A stretch of DNA of 64,000 nt. Source: Octopus vulgaris. Taxonomy: Eukaryota. The translations under genes and the position numbers were made by a program. Within the stretch, counting starts at the first letter, position 1; every line of letters starts with the position of its first letter. The stretch spans positions 18,228,001 to 18,292,000 of the forward strand of contig OX597823.1 of NCBI GenBank assembly GCA_951406725.2. Direction: 5' to 3'. The notes beneath the pieces are model-generated. The model was not told the origin of the DNA. It made no database searches and worked only from the letters and a program-made list of their open reading frames with translations. Shown piece after piece: positions 52,656 to 64,000 of the stretch.

Positions 52656-52778
52656 GCTGAGTAGACGTGAAACGAAGTACCTTGCTCAAAATTACAACTC
52701 CATTTCCGGTCCAGAAATTGAACCTCAAAGTTAATGATTAAGAGAGGAACACAGAAACCACTTGGCCACGCACCTTCT
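52656..52778 (-). mobile_element. Degraded SINE family D head
   Basis: Minus strand GTGGCCAAGTGG...GAGGTTCAATTTCTGGACCGG...TTGAGCAAGGTACTTCGTTTCACG. Confidence 0.6.
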
Positions 52779-53579
52779 CGCCTGATAATTCACATTTATA
52801 ATTATAAACACACGGGTATGAAGAAACACAGCCATCAAATATCTCATGATGAGAGGATCTATCAAAGTTCGAGCTCATATTATGCTGATGATTGTATTAA
52901 TATAAACATTAGAAAAGGAAAATGACTAACAATAAATTATAATCGGTGAAAAATGTCTTTGAATGTGGGCTTTCAAACGAGAAAGAGATTATTATTGCAT
53001 GACTCAGAGTGGACCATCATAGAGCGCTGAGGATTCGACAGGAAATAACTGGATTAGAGGAAATAAACAGTGTGAACCTAAGGACAAATAAATACAAGAC
53101 AGTCGAGGATTCAGATTATTTGTCAAGTCAACCCATACAGTAAGGTTATAATAAAAGTAGATCTCTACGAAAACTATTGTGAAAGGATAAAGGTAACTTT
53201 GTGCTATGAGAACATCTTCAGATCTTCTTCACCTCGGTAGAGTAAATACCAATAGCAAAACATGAACGAGTTCAGATTGGACGGACAGCAGGAGAAATAC
53301 ATCTAATCTGGTGACCATGCTGAATATCACCCAATAAATCCCTAGACGCTACGCGTTGCTGTGAGTAACGTAATCTTCGACCAATCGAAAACATGGTATA
53401 TCCAGATGACTATATCTGTGACTAGAAAAGAATTTTGTGTACGTCGATAAAGAAAACAACAAAACATAAACTAAGTGGAGGTGGGGAATGTGTATTTTGA
53501 ATTAGGGTATAAAAAATACAAAAGACTAGAGCGTACAGAACTAAGGCATCGCCTGAAACAAATAAACTAGTATCCAAAA

Positions 53580-54440
53580 ATGTTGAATTCTGCTTCGTAT
53601 TCCACTTCGAGCAAGATGTCCCAGAACACTTCTTCAGTATTCCGTAGTAATGTGACGGGATACCGTTGACAGATTAAGCATCTCCAATAAGGGATCATTT
53701 GATCATTTAGTCCGACCATCGAGCAGATCCCATTGCACAGTGAAACGATCTAACCCCTGTAAACAATATTGAAACCGGCTACTGAGTGGACCTCTGCCAA
53801 GTAATGATGGTCGACCCTACCGAAGACTTTCGATTTCTTTTCAAATAGATCAGAGCCCGCTGAATCTAGACAAGCCATCAAAACATAAACTAAGTGAGGA
53901 ATGTGTATTTTGAATTAGGGCATAAAAAATACAAAAGACTAGAGCGTACAGACTTAAGGCATCGCCAGAAACAAATAAACTAGTATCCATAAAAATGATG
54001 ACAATTCCAATAGAGTCAGGGCTTTGATCCTCAAATTTCCCAGATAAACAGAAGAGATATAAATTGATAAGTAGAGAATAAGTTTCTATTCTACCACTTG
54101 TCTAACTCCATGCTGGTGCATTCGAGTAATCTAGTCGATAATTATTAGTTGGACGGAGCCTACCTGAACAAATTTAAGAGGCTCCTGCACCTCTCCCATT
54201 TAAGAGCTACATTCATTTGATCCTAGCGTGCGTCTAAGATGGTATTCCGATCCCCAATGAGGGAGCTGTATCCAGAAAAGGTTTCCCGGTGCCTGAAAAA
54301 GTACAGCCATCCTGTCCCCGTTAGGACATAGACGATCACTAGCCTCGGAGCAGCATCTTCACAGCTCAGAATATATTTCTGGAATGACCTTTGGTACTAA
54401 TCAGAATTTTTACAAGTCGCTCTTTCTCGTGCAACAACTT
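53580..54440 (-). pseudogene. Highly degraded L1/Tx1-like ORF2 remnant
   Basis: RLVIVYV..YFFRH..LIGDRNTILDA resembles the AP-endonuclease VYAP / GDWN motifs; many stops. Confidence 0.4.
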
Positions 54441-54519
54441 CATACTATTTCATGGAAACCAGGATTATCCAAAAACCGATTTCCTCTATCATGCCCCTGA
54501 CCGTGTCTTCCACTCATAT

Positions 54520-54906
54520 CTGGTGGAAGCACTCCGTCGGTTACGACGACGAGGGTTCCGGTTGATCCGATCAACGGAACAGCCTGCTCGTGAAATTAAC
54601 GTGTAAGTGGCTGAGCACTCCACAGACACGTGTACCCTTAACGTAATTCTCGGGGATATTCAGCGTGACACAGAGAGTGACAAGGCCGGCCCTTTGAAGT
54701 ACAGGTACAACAGAAACAGGAAGTAAGAGTGAGAGAAAGTTGTGGTGAAAGAGTACAGCAGGGATCACCACCATCCCTGCCGGAGCCTCGTGGAGCTTTA
54801 GGTGTTTTCGCTCAATAAACACTCACAACGCCCGGTCTGGGAATCGAAACCGTGATCCTACGACCGCGAGTCCACTGCCCTAACCACTAGGCCATTGCGC
54901 CTCCAC
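54520..54906 (-). mobile_element. SINE family A, full length
   Basis: 10-bp TSD CCACTCATAT at 54510-54519 and 54907-54916. Confidence 0.93.
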
Positions 54907-55856
54907 CCACTCATATATGAGCACCGACTGTCACTCAGCCTCGTCCTCCACTCTCAACACCTAATCATTGTTCTGAGATTCCGACCTCCATTCGACTTAA
55001 TAGGCATCCAGCCACGGATTGAGCAAAGCCTTTTCAAGCTCTTCTTCCGGAGCAGACCGAAGCGCTGACTATTTTCCCGTGAGAAGTAGAGTTACACCAC
55101 TGTACTCGCCATCCTCTTCTGCATGGACTTCCTTCTCAATGAATCATGGTCTTTCGTAGCTTCGCCTATCATCCTACATTTTCCTGAATCCTTGTTAAAT
55201 TTAAGGGGGGGGGTTCTGTTTTAGTTTCCAGCTATACAGGCAAAAGATGTTGTTATTACTGTATTCTGTACCGCTGCCGCTGGTACTCCTGCTGATGGTG
55301 ACAGTGTTGGTGGAGGTGATGTCAACGCTGGGAAAACTAATGAATTTCGGTGCTATCATTGACATAATTCCCAGTGATAATATTTACGTTATTGTTCATA
55401 CGAGTAGTGTTACTGTTGTTATACACTTCGTTTCGAAAAGAATCTTCATTTTCCCCCTTTCTTTTTCTTTTCTTTTCTTTTTTTTTTTTTCGAATAAAAA
55501 TTATTTTATTCATTTGCGTGTACGTGAGCGGGGGATTATTTTGTTTATATTCCTTTAAGTGTGCAAGGCTGCCTTCGCCGTTGTGAGAGTCTCCTCTTTC
55601 TACTTTCCCGCTGCCATCGAAGTCGTCATGTTCATGATACAAAAAATTCCAAATTGCATCCCAGGGAGAAAACTCAAACATCAAATCAAGCAACAACAAA
55701 AAATAAACTTTATTCCACCTCCAATGGAGCAGAAAACATGAAATTAAATACAAACTCCTGTTTAAAACAGTTTACAGTAAAGCAAAAACAGAACAACACC
55801 CATCTGAATCACAAGTAAAACACAAAGCCCATGAGAAGGAGGATAAATCTTTTTTC

Positions 55857-55907
<51 letters not shown>

Positions 55908-55909
<2 letters not shown>

Positions 55910-56466
55910 GCCCTGATGCAATACCAGGCAATGGCTCTCATGGCTTCTGATCTTAACTGATTGGAAGTGTTATCATGTACATTGTTTTGTCTTGGTATAA
56001 AAGATGGGCTACAGCAAATATTCTGCTCAATACCACAGATTTGCTTGTCAGTTGTTTGACCTTAACCAGTTGAGAGTATGTCCCTTAGTGGCTGACGATA
56101 TGTGCATCTCTGATCACGATCAGAAGTAGTGGGGGAGCATCATAGCCATGTGTTGAGAGGGATTCTTTGGGGTTTGAATAATTCACCTCTGGAAACATGG
56201 GTGGTTCGTTCAACATCCTTAAACAACCCTTATTCAGGGACCGTTTGAGCGGGATGGGCTACTCAACCTGAAGAAAATTCTAACTGGGCCCCCACCTGCA
56301 AGGTCATGTGCTATTTATCTTGATATAAGATCACCATGTCGCGCACATATGGTTGTGATGCATGTGCCTGGTGTGCCTTTATCAGACAGGTAGTCATGAT
56401 GGGTATATTGGGCTTCGTATATTTTACCCCAGTGTCACTTTGATGGCATGAACTGCTCTCTCACTC
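55908..56466. mobile_element. ~560-bp non-coding element flanked by (AAT)n, copy 1
   Basis: Full-length homolog 57941-58486 with the same ends; no ORF, TIR or tRNA head seen. Confidence 0.85.
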
Positions 56467-56499
<33 letters not shown>

Positions 56500-56501
<2 letters not shown>

Positions 56502-57087
56502 GTGGTATAATCACCACCCTGAAGCTGTAACTGAAGGAGAAAATGTAACGATTCTGTGGGACTTTCCAGTACATACAGACCGAACCATCAAAGCCAATAA
56601 ACCAGATACTGTTGTGAAAGACCAAAACAATAAAGTTTGCTTATTGATCGACATGAGCATCCACTGTGATCATAATATCTCGGCGAAAGAGTTTGACAAG
56701 CTCAGAAAATATGAAGACCTGCTCACTGAAATTGAGAAAATGTGGCATCTCAAGGCGGTTACAATACCAGTGATCGTAGGAGCACTAGGAATGATCAAGA
56801 AGGGAGCCGAAAATTATATGAGAATGATCCCTGGCTTACCATCCCTGCAAGAAGTGCAAAAGATTGTCTTAACTGGTACATCACACGTATTGAGAAAAGC
56901 ATTGTCGATGTGAGAATTATTACTACCCATGTATTTTAATTTAACTTTATTTCTTCCAAAAAAAAATGAACGAACTAGTGAGTTTAGTTTAATGGCCTAC
57001 CAATGTATACTATGAGTTTCTTTGCCCTAGGAGTCGGGAAGACACTCGGCAAGAAATGGAAGCAAATTTGAAAGAAGAAGAAAAAAT
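56500..57087 (+). mobile_element. 5'-truncated Dong/R4-clade LINE in (TAA)n; REL endonuclease ORF open to stop at 56913
   Basis: ILWDFPVHTDRTIKANKPD..LLIDMS..KLRKYEDL..IPVIVGALG (PD-(D/E)xK domain); AAT repeats on both sides. Confidence 0.9.
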
Positions 57088-57088
57088 A

Positions 57089-57162
<74 letters not shown>

Positions 57163-57573
57163 TAATCCGTTCTACAATAAGCACAAAGTATGAAATTTCG
57201 TGGGAGGGGGGGCGTCAATTGCCTCGATGCCAGTACCTGAATGGTACTTATTTTATCGGTGCCGAGAAAATAAAAGACAAAGTCAACCTCGGTAGAATTT
57301 TAAATCAAAGTCGAACGAAATTCTCCCAGTTCGCCACATGATAATAATAATACTAATAATAATAATAATCACTCAGTAATAATAATAATAATCCTTTTAA
57401 TCCGTTCACTATAAGCACAAAGTATGAAATTTCGTGGGAGGGGGGCGTCAATTGCCTCGATGCCAGTACCTGAATGGTACTTATTTTATCGGTGCCGAGA
57501 AAATAAAAGACAAAGTCAACCTCGGTAGAATTTTAAATCAAAGTCGAACGAAATTCTCCCAGTTCGCCACATG

Positions 57574-57631
<58 letters not shown>

Positions 57632-57857
57632 TGATGATGATGATGATAATAATAATCATTTCTACTGTAGGCACAAGACATGAAATATGGTTGGTGAGTT
57701 GAGGCTAGATTATTATGTCGACCCCAGTACTCAACTGGTACTAATCTTATTGGCTCTAAGAAGATAAAAGCCAAAGTTTACCTCGGTGGAATTTCAAATC
57801 AAGTCGAACGAAATTCCGTGAAGCATTTTGTCTGACGGTGCTAACGATTCTCCCGGC
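57163..57857 (-). mobile_element. Three family C-related SINE pieces separated by (AAT)n; the first two are near-identical duplicates
   Basis: 57163-57341 matches 57398-57573; third piece 57657-57857. Confidence 0.8.
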
Positions 57858-57880
57858 TAATAATAATAATAATAATAATG

Positions 57881-57940
<60 letters not shown>

Positions 57941-57942
<2 letters not shown>

Positions 57943-58486
57943 TCCCTGGTGCAGTACCAGATAGTGGCTCGTATGTCTTCTGATCTTAATAGACTGAAAG
58001 CGTTATCATGTACATTGTTTTGTCTTGGTATAAAAGATGGGCTACAGCAAATATTCTGCTCAATACCACAGATTTGCTTTGTCAGTTGTTTGACCTTTAC
58101 CAGTAGATCATGCCCCTTAGTGACCGACGATATGTGCATCTCTGATCACGAGCAGAAGTAGTGGGAGAGCATCATAGCCATGTGTTGCGAAGAATTCTCT
58201 GGGATTCGAATAATTCACCTTTGGAAACGTGGGTGTTTCGTTCAACGTCCTTAAACAACCCTTATTCAGGAACCTTTTGAGCAGGATGGGTTACTCGACT
58301 AGAAGAAAATTCTAACTGGGCCCCACCTACAAGGTCATGTGCTGTTTATCTTGATATGTCACGCACATATGGTTGTGATGCATGTGCCTGGTGTACCCTT
58401 ATCAGACGGGTAGTCATGATGGGTATACTGGGCCTTGTATATTTTACCCCACTGTCACTTTGATGGCATGTACTGCTCTCTCACTC
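57941..58486. mobile_element. ~550-bp non-coding element flanked by (AAT)n, copy 2
   Basis: Homolog of 55908-56466. Confidence 0.85.
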
Positions 58487-58517
58487 AATAATAATAATAA
58501 TAATAATAATAATAATT

Positions 58518-58940
58518 GGAGAGAGGGATTTAAGTGATACTATCAACTCCAGTACTTGACTGATAGTTTATTTTATAGATCTCAGAGTAATGAAATGTAA
58601 AGTTGATTTGAACTCGGAACATAAAGAGCTGGAAGAAATACAGAAAGAATTTTCTTCTCCCGATGCTCAAACAATTACGCCAGTTTACAAGCCATTTTTT
58701 TCTTCTCATGTAGGCACGAGGCCAGCAATTTTGAGGGGAAGTGTTTAGTCGATTACATTGACCCCCGCCTCCACTTCTTGATTGGTTTAGTCGATTACAT
58801 TGACCCCCGCCTCCACTTCTTGATTGGTATTGGAAATGATGAAAGGCCAGGTTGACCACAACAAGATTTGAACTCAGAAACGTACAGAGCCAGAGTAAAT
58901 ATCGCAAAGTTTTTATCCGACGCTTCAACGATTCCGTTAA
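58518..58940 (-). mobile_element. Two degraded family C-related SINEs; 42-bp tandem duplication at 58743-58828
   Basis: TTTGAACTC B-box remnants and GTCGATTACATTGACCCC motif. Confidence 0.6.
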
Positions 58941-59178
58941 ACGTTGCATGATAAAAAGAATCTTCTGACCGGTCAGTGACCCAAATGACCTTTCTTCTGA
59001 AGCTCTGGTATTTATTTTTGATATTTGAACTCCAATTGATAAAAGCCCGCAGTCTCAACACAGCGCTGACGATAAGATACGAACCATTGACCTTTTTGCA
59101 ATTTATCTGGTGTCCTGTCGACTTGGGCTTCCTACACAAGCATACACGCATATTCTCTCTAACTATGTCCCCTCCCCA

Positions 59179-59210
<32 letters not shown>

Positions 59211-59382
59211 ATTTCATTAAACCACCATCCCAAAGCCGGAATCACAAGGGCTTATAGTTCAGTTTGTAAACTTAGTTTATAAAATCTTGATAACAGCAAC
59301 GCTATGTCTAAACTATTATTTTACTCACTACATCACCAAAACCAACCAGCTGTTGGTGACATTGCTATTTCACAAGTTTCCT

Positions 59383-59447
<65 letters not shown>

Positions 59448-61501
59448 AGTATGTGCCCCAATCTCTGTCATCTAACACAAATAGATTCAGGAAGTTGTCT
59501 GGCAGAAAGGAAAAAAAAAAGAAAAACAACGCCTCCCCTTCTTGTTTCCAGTAATAATGACGAAATACTTCGAGATCTGTGAATGTCAAGGAATTTAAAA
59601 CAGGCACATAACAAAAACCAACCAACCAAACAAACAAAGTTAAAATTAATGAAAATACAAAACAAGAAAAGCGAATGAAAAGGAAAATATAAACTTTTAT
59701 CATATGTTTCTTCTGGTTGGATGTGTAATGATGGAGATGCGGAGGCGAAGGTGCAATAGTTTGTTTTGTTTTTTTGTGTGCAAGATTTCGTATTTTTGTG
59801 TCACGTCAAACTAAAATATCCTTTGAATAAAGCCACATTATTCGCTGGGCCATCTCACTTCTCACATACTGAGAAGCTTCTAGAAATAGTTGATGAAACC
59901 CTTCTAATCACACTCTGCCGTTTCATAGGATGGATGTACACATTGGATAATGCAGGATTAAGAGAATATCCTCTTTCTGTTATGTGAACGTTTCTAGTTC
60001 TCTACTTCCTAGAGGTCGTTCTGTATGCTAGAAAAAAAACGCAAAATTCTCCTGCCTCTCTCTCTCTATCCATCTATCTATCTATCTATCTATCCATCTA
60101 ATTGTCTACCTGTCTCTGTCGATCTCTCTCTCCCTCTCTCTTTCTTACTCTCTATCTGACTCTGTTTTCTCTCTTTCTATCTATCTGTCTGACTGTCTCT
60201 GTCGATTTCTCTCCCCCCCCTCTCTCTCCCTTTTTTCAGGAAGAATTCATCCGTGGTCAGACCAGACGAAGTATAAACTCTGTCAGGTCGAAAAATGACC
60301 TGAAAAACGGCTCAAAACGGCTCCCCTATGACTCCATCAGGAGTTGAAGCTTCAAGAGTAAGACTAAGTCATTCCCTCTACTAGTTGGAAGGAAAAGTGT
60401 GCCCATGACCCTTTACAGGGTCCCTAAAACTAGTAGGAGAGAGGAATTTATCCTCAATCCAGAGATCTGGTCCGATTTTTTGAAATAGAGGGGCCTCCAC
60501 TAAAAGGTACCCACTTAGATAGGCTATGGCGGAATTTGAACTCCGATTGATAAAAGCCAGAAAAAATAACACAAAGCATACAGTTCTTACGCTCCGCTAA
60601 TCCATCGTCCTGGATTAATACTTATCCATTGACCCTGAAAGGATGAAAGGTAAAGTTGCCCTCCGGCAGCATTTGAACTCAAAGCACCGAGAATTGGAAT
60701 GCGAAGTATTAAAATAGTTTGCATTTCAATTCCCGGTGCTCTGATGACTCGGCTAATACACCGCCTTATGTGATATTTAGGACTATATTACGGATTGTGC
60801 CGTTTTCTTAAGACGGGTCACTGTAATTCTTTTTCAACGGGCCCATCAACCACAAGGGGACAGCATTTGTCTTTAAAAAAAAAAAGCTAATAACTATAAC
60901 TGCAGATCTGGTATACACAGTTGAGACAGTACTAAATTAAAATAGCTCTCTATGTATCATACTCTATGTATATATATATATATATACACCATTGATAGAC
61001 CAGTTGCTCTTATGGTCTTCCAGTGTTAAAAACGCAATAAATATCAGACGGAGAAGAGAAATTACCCCAGCAGAGACCAACGTGTACACCAGATGTTTTC
61101 TGTCCTTTTTGGACCTTTTCAATGACATATACTCTCTCCTATATTGAAGGCAACGAATTCTCCTCCAGGCATGTGGCTGGCAGCGAATGCACGTCATTGG
61201 AAAGGCCAAAAGAGGTTACAATGTACCTGGCGTTCACGCTGACCGCTGTTGTGGAGATTTTCACCTTCCTCTGCTGTTTATAGTGTTCTTAACACAGCAT
61301 TTCCGTAAGAGATGTTATCTGAGGGTGAAATACCGCAGTAACTGGCTTATCAACAGTGTATATACAATATGTATGATGCCAAGTTGGTCATTTCAATAAC
61401 TACTAGTTTGACAATGTAACCGTAGATAGCCTATATTTGCAAAAATAAATAAATGTTGGTCACAGCTGGTACACTCTTCTCGATCAGAACTAATCTGGAG
61501 C

Positions 61502-61535
<34 letters not shown>

Positions 61536-61955
61536 GCATCAATACAGCTGCCCTTAATTGCTTTTATAAAGTAGATCACATAATCCAACTCATAGATCAA
61601 AAATAGGAACAATAAATTGATGTAAGTATATTCATATGTTGTATTTCCTCATTTTTCACTCTCATCTAGTCACATTTTTTCCTGTTTATTTATTTATTTG
61701 CATTAATGAGACCCGGCTGTGAGTCGAATTCCAAGTAGACCCCTTGGGGAGTTATCATAACAGAAGGGTTGATAACTCAACCTGTTCACAGATATAGCAA
61801 GAAATATTAGCTAAGTTGGTATTTTTTTTTTCTTTTACATGTTTCAGTCATTAGACTGCAGCCATGCTGGGGCACCGAACCAGGGATGTGCCACCTAGGC
61901 AGACAAGGTAGACAGTGCCTATGTTGAATAAAATAGATCGATAGCAACATTTTCC

Positions 61956-62109
61956 GGATCTGTTCAGTTTGACACAGACAAGTTTTTAATTAATTTTTTT
62001 TTAACTAAACAGTTTGAAATTTCGTATGGTAGTGGAATATCTCACGCAGAACACGGTTTACTTTGAACATTTTTGACAAAATTTAGTATTTTAGAAGTTG
62101 AACAGATCC
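61956..62109. mobile_element. 154-bp MITE, Merlin-like
   Basis: TIR GGATCTGTTCA/TGAACAGATCC; perfect 8-bp TSD CATTTTCC at 61948-61955 and 62110-62117. Confidence 0.85.
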
Positions 62110-62314
62110 CATTTTCCTTTTGTGGCAAAATATGCACCTAATTCAATAAAATTATGAAGGTTACTCTGATTACTATGCATAAAATGCAAAATATTTTATT
62201 TTTTTTGTAAATTAGGTAAGCATAATTGGCCCCTGTTTTTCAATCTCAGTATTAAAGCCATGCATAGTACTTCTGCAGTACACATGCTGCGTACACTCCT
62301 ACAACACCATTTTA

Positions 62315-62523
62315 TTTTTGGATAGACTTGTGACTGGTGATGAAAAATGGGTCTTCTATCAAAATGTTAAATGTTGTAAACAGTGGCTTGGTAAACGGGA
62401 ACCAGCTCAACCACAACCGAGAAGGGAACTTCATGGGAAAAGGTTCTTTTCTCTGTCTGGTGGGATTGCACAGGAGTAATTCACTTTGAATTGTTACCAC
62501 CTAATGCAACAATCAATGCTCAA
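62315..62523 (+). pseudogene. Mariner transposase catalytic-domain fragment
   Basis: FLDRLVTGDEKWVFY..VWWDCTGVIHFELLPPNATINAQ. Confidence 0.88.
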
Positions 62524-62529
62524 AGTCCC

Positions 62530-62829
62530 ATAGGTTACTGTGTATTGAGCACCATTGAGAAAAGCACCAACCACTTTGTCTGCAACACCAAGGCCGAGCT
62601 GGTGTCCAAGATCAAGGTGTTCAAAGGTCTTCCCAGAGACACAGTGAGGTTCCAAAATCCTTTTGAGGTTGTGGTGGAAGTTGAGGGTGGTTACTTTGAG
62701 TAAACTGTTATTTCTCAGTCATAATCTGGTTGATATTATTTGATTTTTTTAAAAATAATTTTATTTTTAGGTGAGATATTGTTTTCTTTTCCTTTTATGC
62801 AAACTGTCAAATTTAGCCTGAACACCCTG
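62530..62829 (+). mobile_element. 3' end of a maT/Tc1-mariner element with TIR
   Basis: ..NTKAELVSKI..VVEVEGGYFE*; ends AACACCCTG|TA. Confidence 0.7.
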
Positions 62830-62844
62830 TATGTATACAGGCAT

Positions 62845-63055
62845 GTGTGTGTGTGTTTTTGTGTTTGTCCCCCATCACCACCACTAGTTGACAACCGGTG
62901 TTGGTTCATTTACATCCCCATTACTCTGCAATTCAGAAAAGGAGACAAATAGAATAAGTATTAGACTTTAAGAAAAAAAAATTAGTGAGGGCAATTTCTT
63001 TGACTTATGACTGTCGTCCAATGATTGAAACAAGTAAAATATAAAAGATAAAGAG
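62845..63055 (+). mobile_element. Diverged SINE family B 3' part
   Basis: TTGACAACCG..AGAATAAGTA..GAAACAAGTAAAA. Confidence 0.7.
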
Positions 63056-63285
63056 ATAAAAACAAAAAGAAACAACAAATATGGTTTGTTATTGATGACT
63101 TGAAACAAAAAAAAAAATTGTCTTTATTAAAACCAACTGACACAACTTGCTACAAAATCTCATTGTGGAGAACATGGCCACAAACAAGACCACAACTGTA
63201 GTCTCTTTGCAGTCTTTCACTGTCTTTTTTGTTCTTTATGTGTGTGCAAATTTTTCATGTCACAACTGTGAGAAATCTTTATTTC

Positions 63286-63329
<44 letters not shown>

Positions 63330-64000
63330 TTATTCAGTTTGTTTAGCCTTCACAGCTAAGGACATATTGAAACACCACCATGTTTGTGTGCATGTATGTA
63401 TGCCTGGATATATATGCTTGTATGTGTGTGTGTGTGTATATGTATGTGTGCCTATATGAGTATGTTTTCTTCACATTTCTAAATTCAAATGCATGGTGTG
63501 TGTATGTGATTATAGATATTGACAAATCATGGTTTGTAATTGACGGTGATATGTGCACTGGGCTGACACCAGCTGAAGGTGTGCAACAACCGTTGAATTA
63601 TTGACACAGAAACTTAAAGTCTTGAATGTAAGTCTCTATACCTGTATTATTTGATACACACACAGACACTCACACATGCAAGCACAGATACATTCATATG
63701 ATTGCTCAAACATACAAACTCATACTGACAGTTGGGATGTCATGAAATATCCACATATACAAATCAGTTAACTTTACATTTACACACGCACACACACACA
63801 CACATACTTATACACACAAGAGAGAAGACAAAGAATATTTAGGAAATATATCCAATGAAAGGTTGATATGTTCATCATGTTCTCATATTTTTGCTTCCAT
63901 TTTTATTTTTGTCTTTTATGCTTTTACATCTACCATTTCTACCATTTCATCATCAAAAATGAAATGCTTCATTATTAATATTTTAATTTGGTGAGGAGAG

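Noticed and set aside
55337-55753. 138-aa minus-strand ORF in unique sequence
   Set aside because: Runs through poly-A/T tracts; no recognisable domain or splice support

Overview
AT-rich, repeat-saturated animal DNA (intronic/intergenic), most likely from an octopus (coleoid cephalopod); this is inferred from the SINE repertoire and microsatellite density and has not been verified. No intact protein-coding gene is supported. Nearly all ORFs in the track are microsatellite translations or transposon remnants. Contents: four tRNA-derived SINE families (many with intact TSDs), mariner/Tc1/maT remnants, Helitron-type, Merlin-like and pogo-like non-autonomous elements, a Chapaev3-like fragment, RTE, R4/Dong-type, L1/Tx1-like and Penelope-like retroelement pieces, and several minisatellites. 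Most notable: (i) about nine minimal type-I hammerhead-ribozyme-like folds from several Penelope/retrozyme-like families, most with non-canonical cores; (ii) R4-type LINEs plus a non-coding partner that appear to target (TAA)n versus (CATA)n microsatellites; (iii) multimeric SINEs inside single TSDs; (iv) a palindromic mariner; (v) a candidate 25-nt ATG-bearing microexon on the minus strand. All alignments were done by eye, so boundaries without TSDs are approximate.
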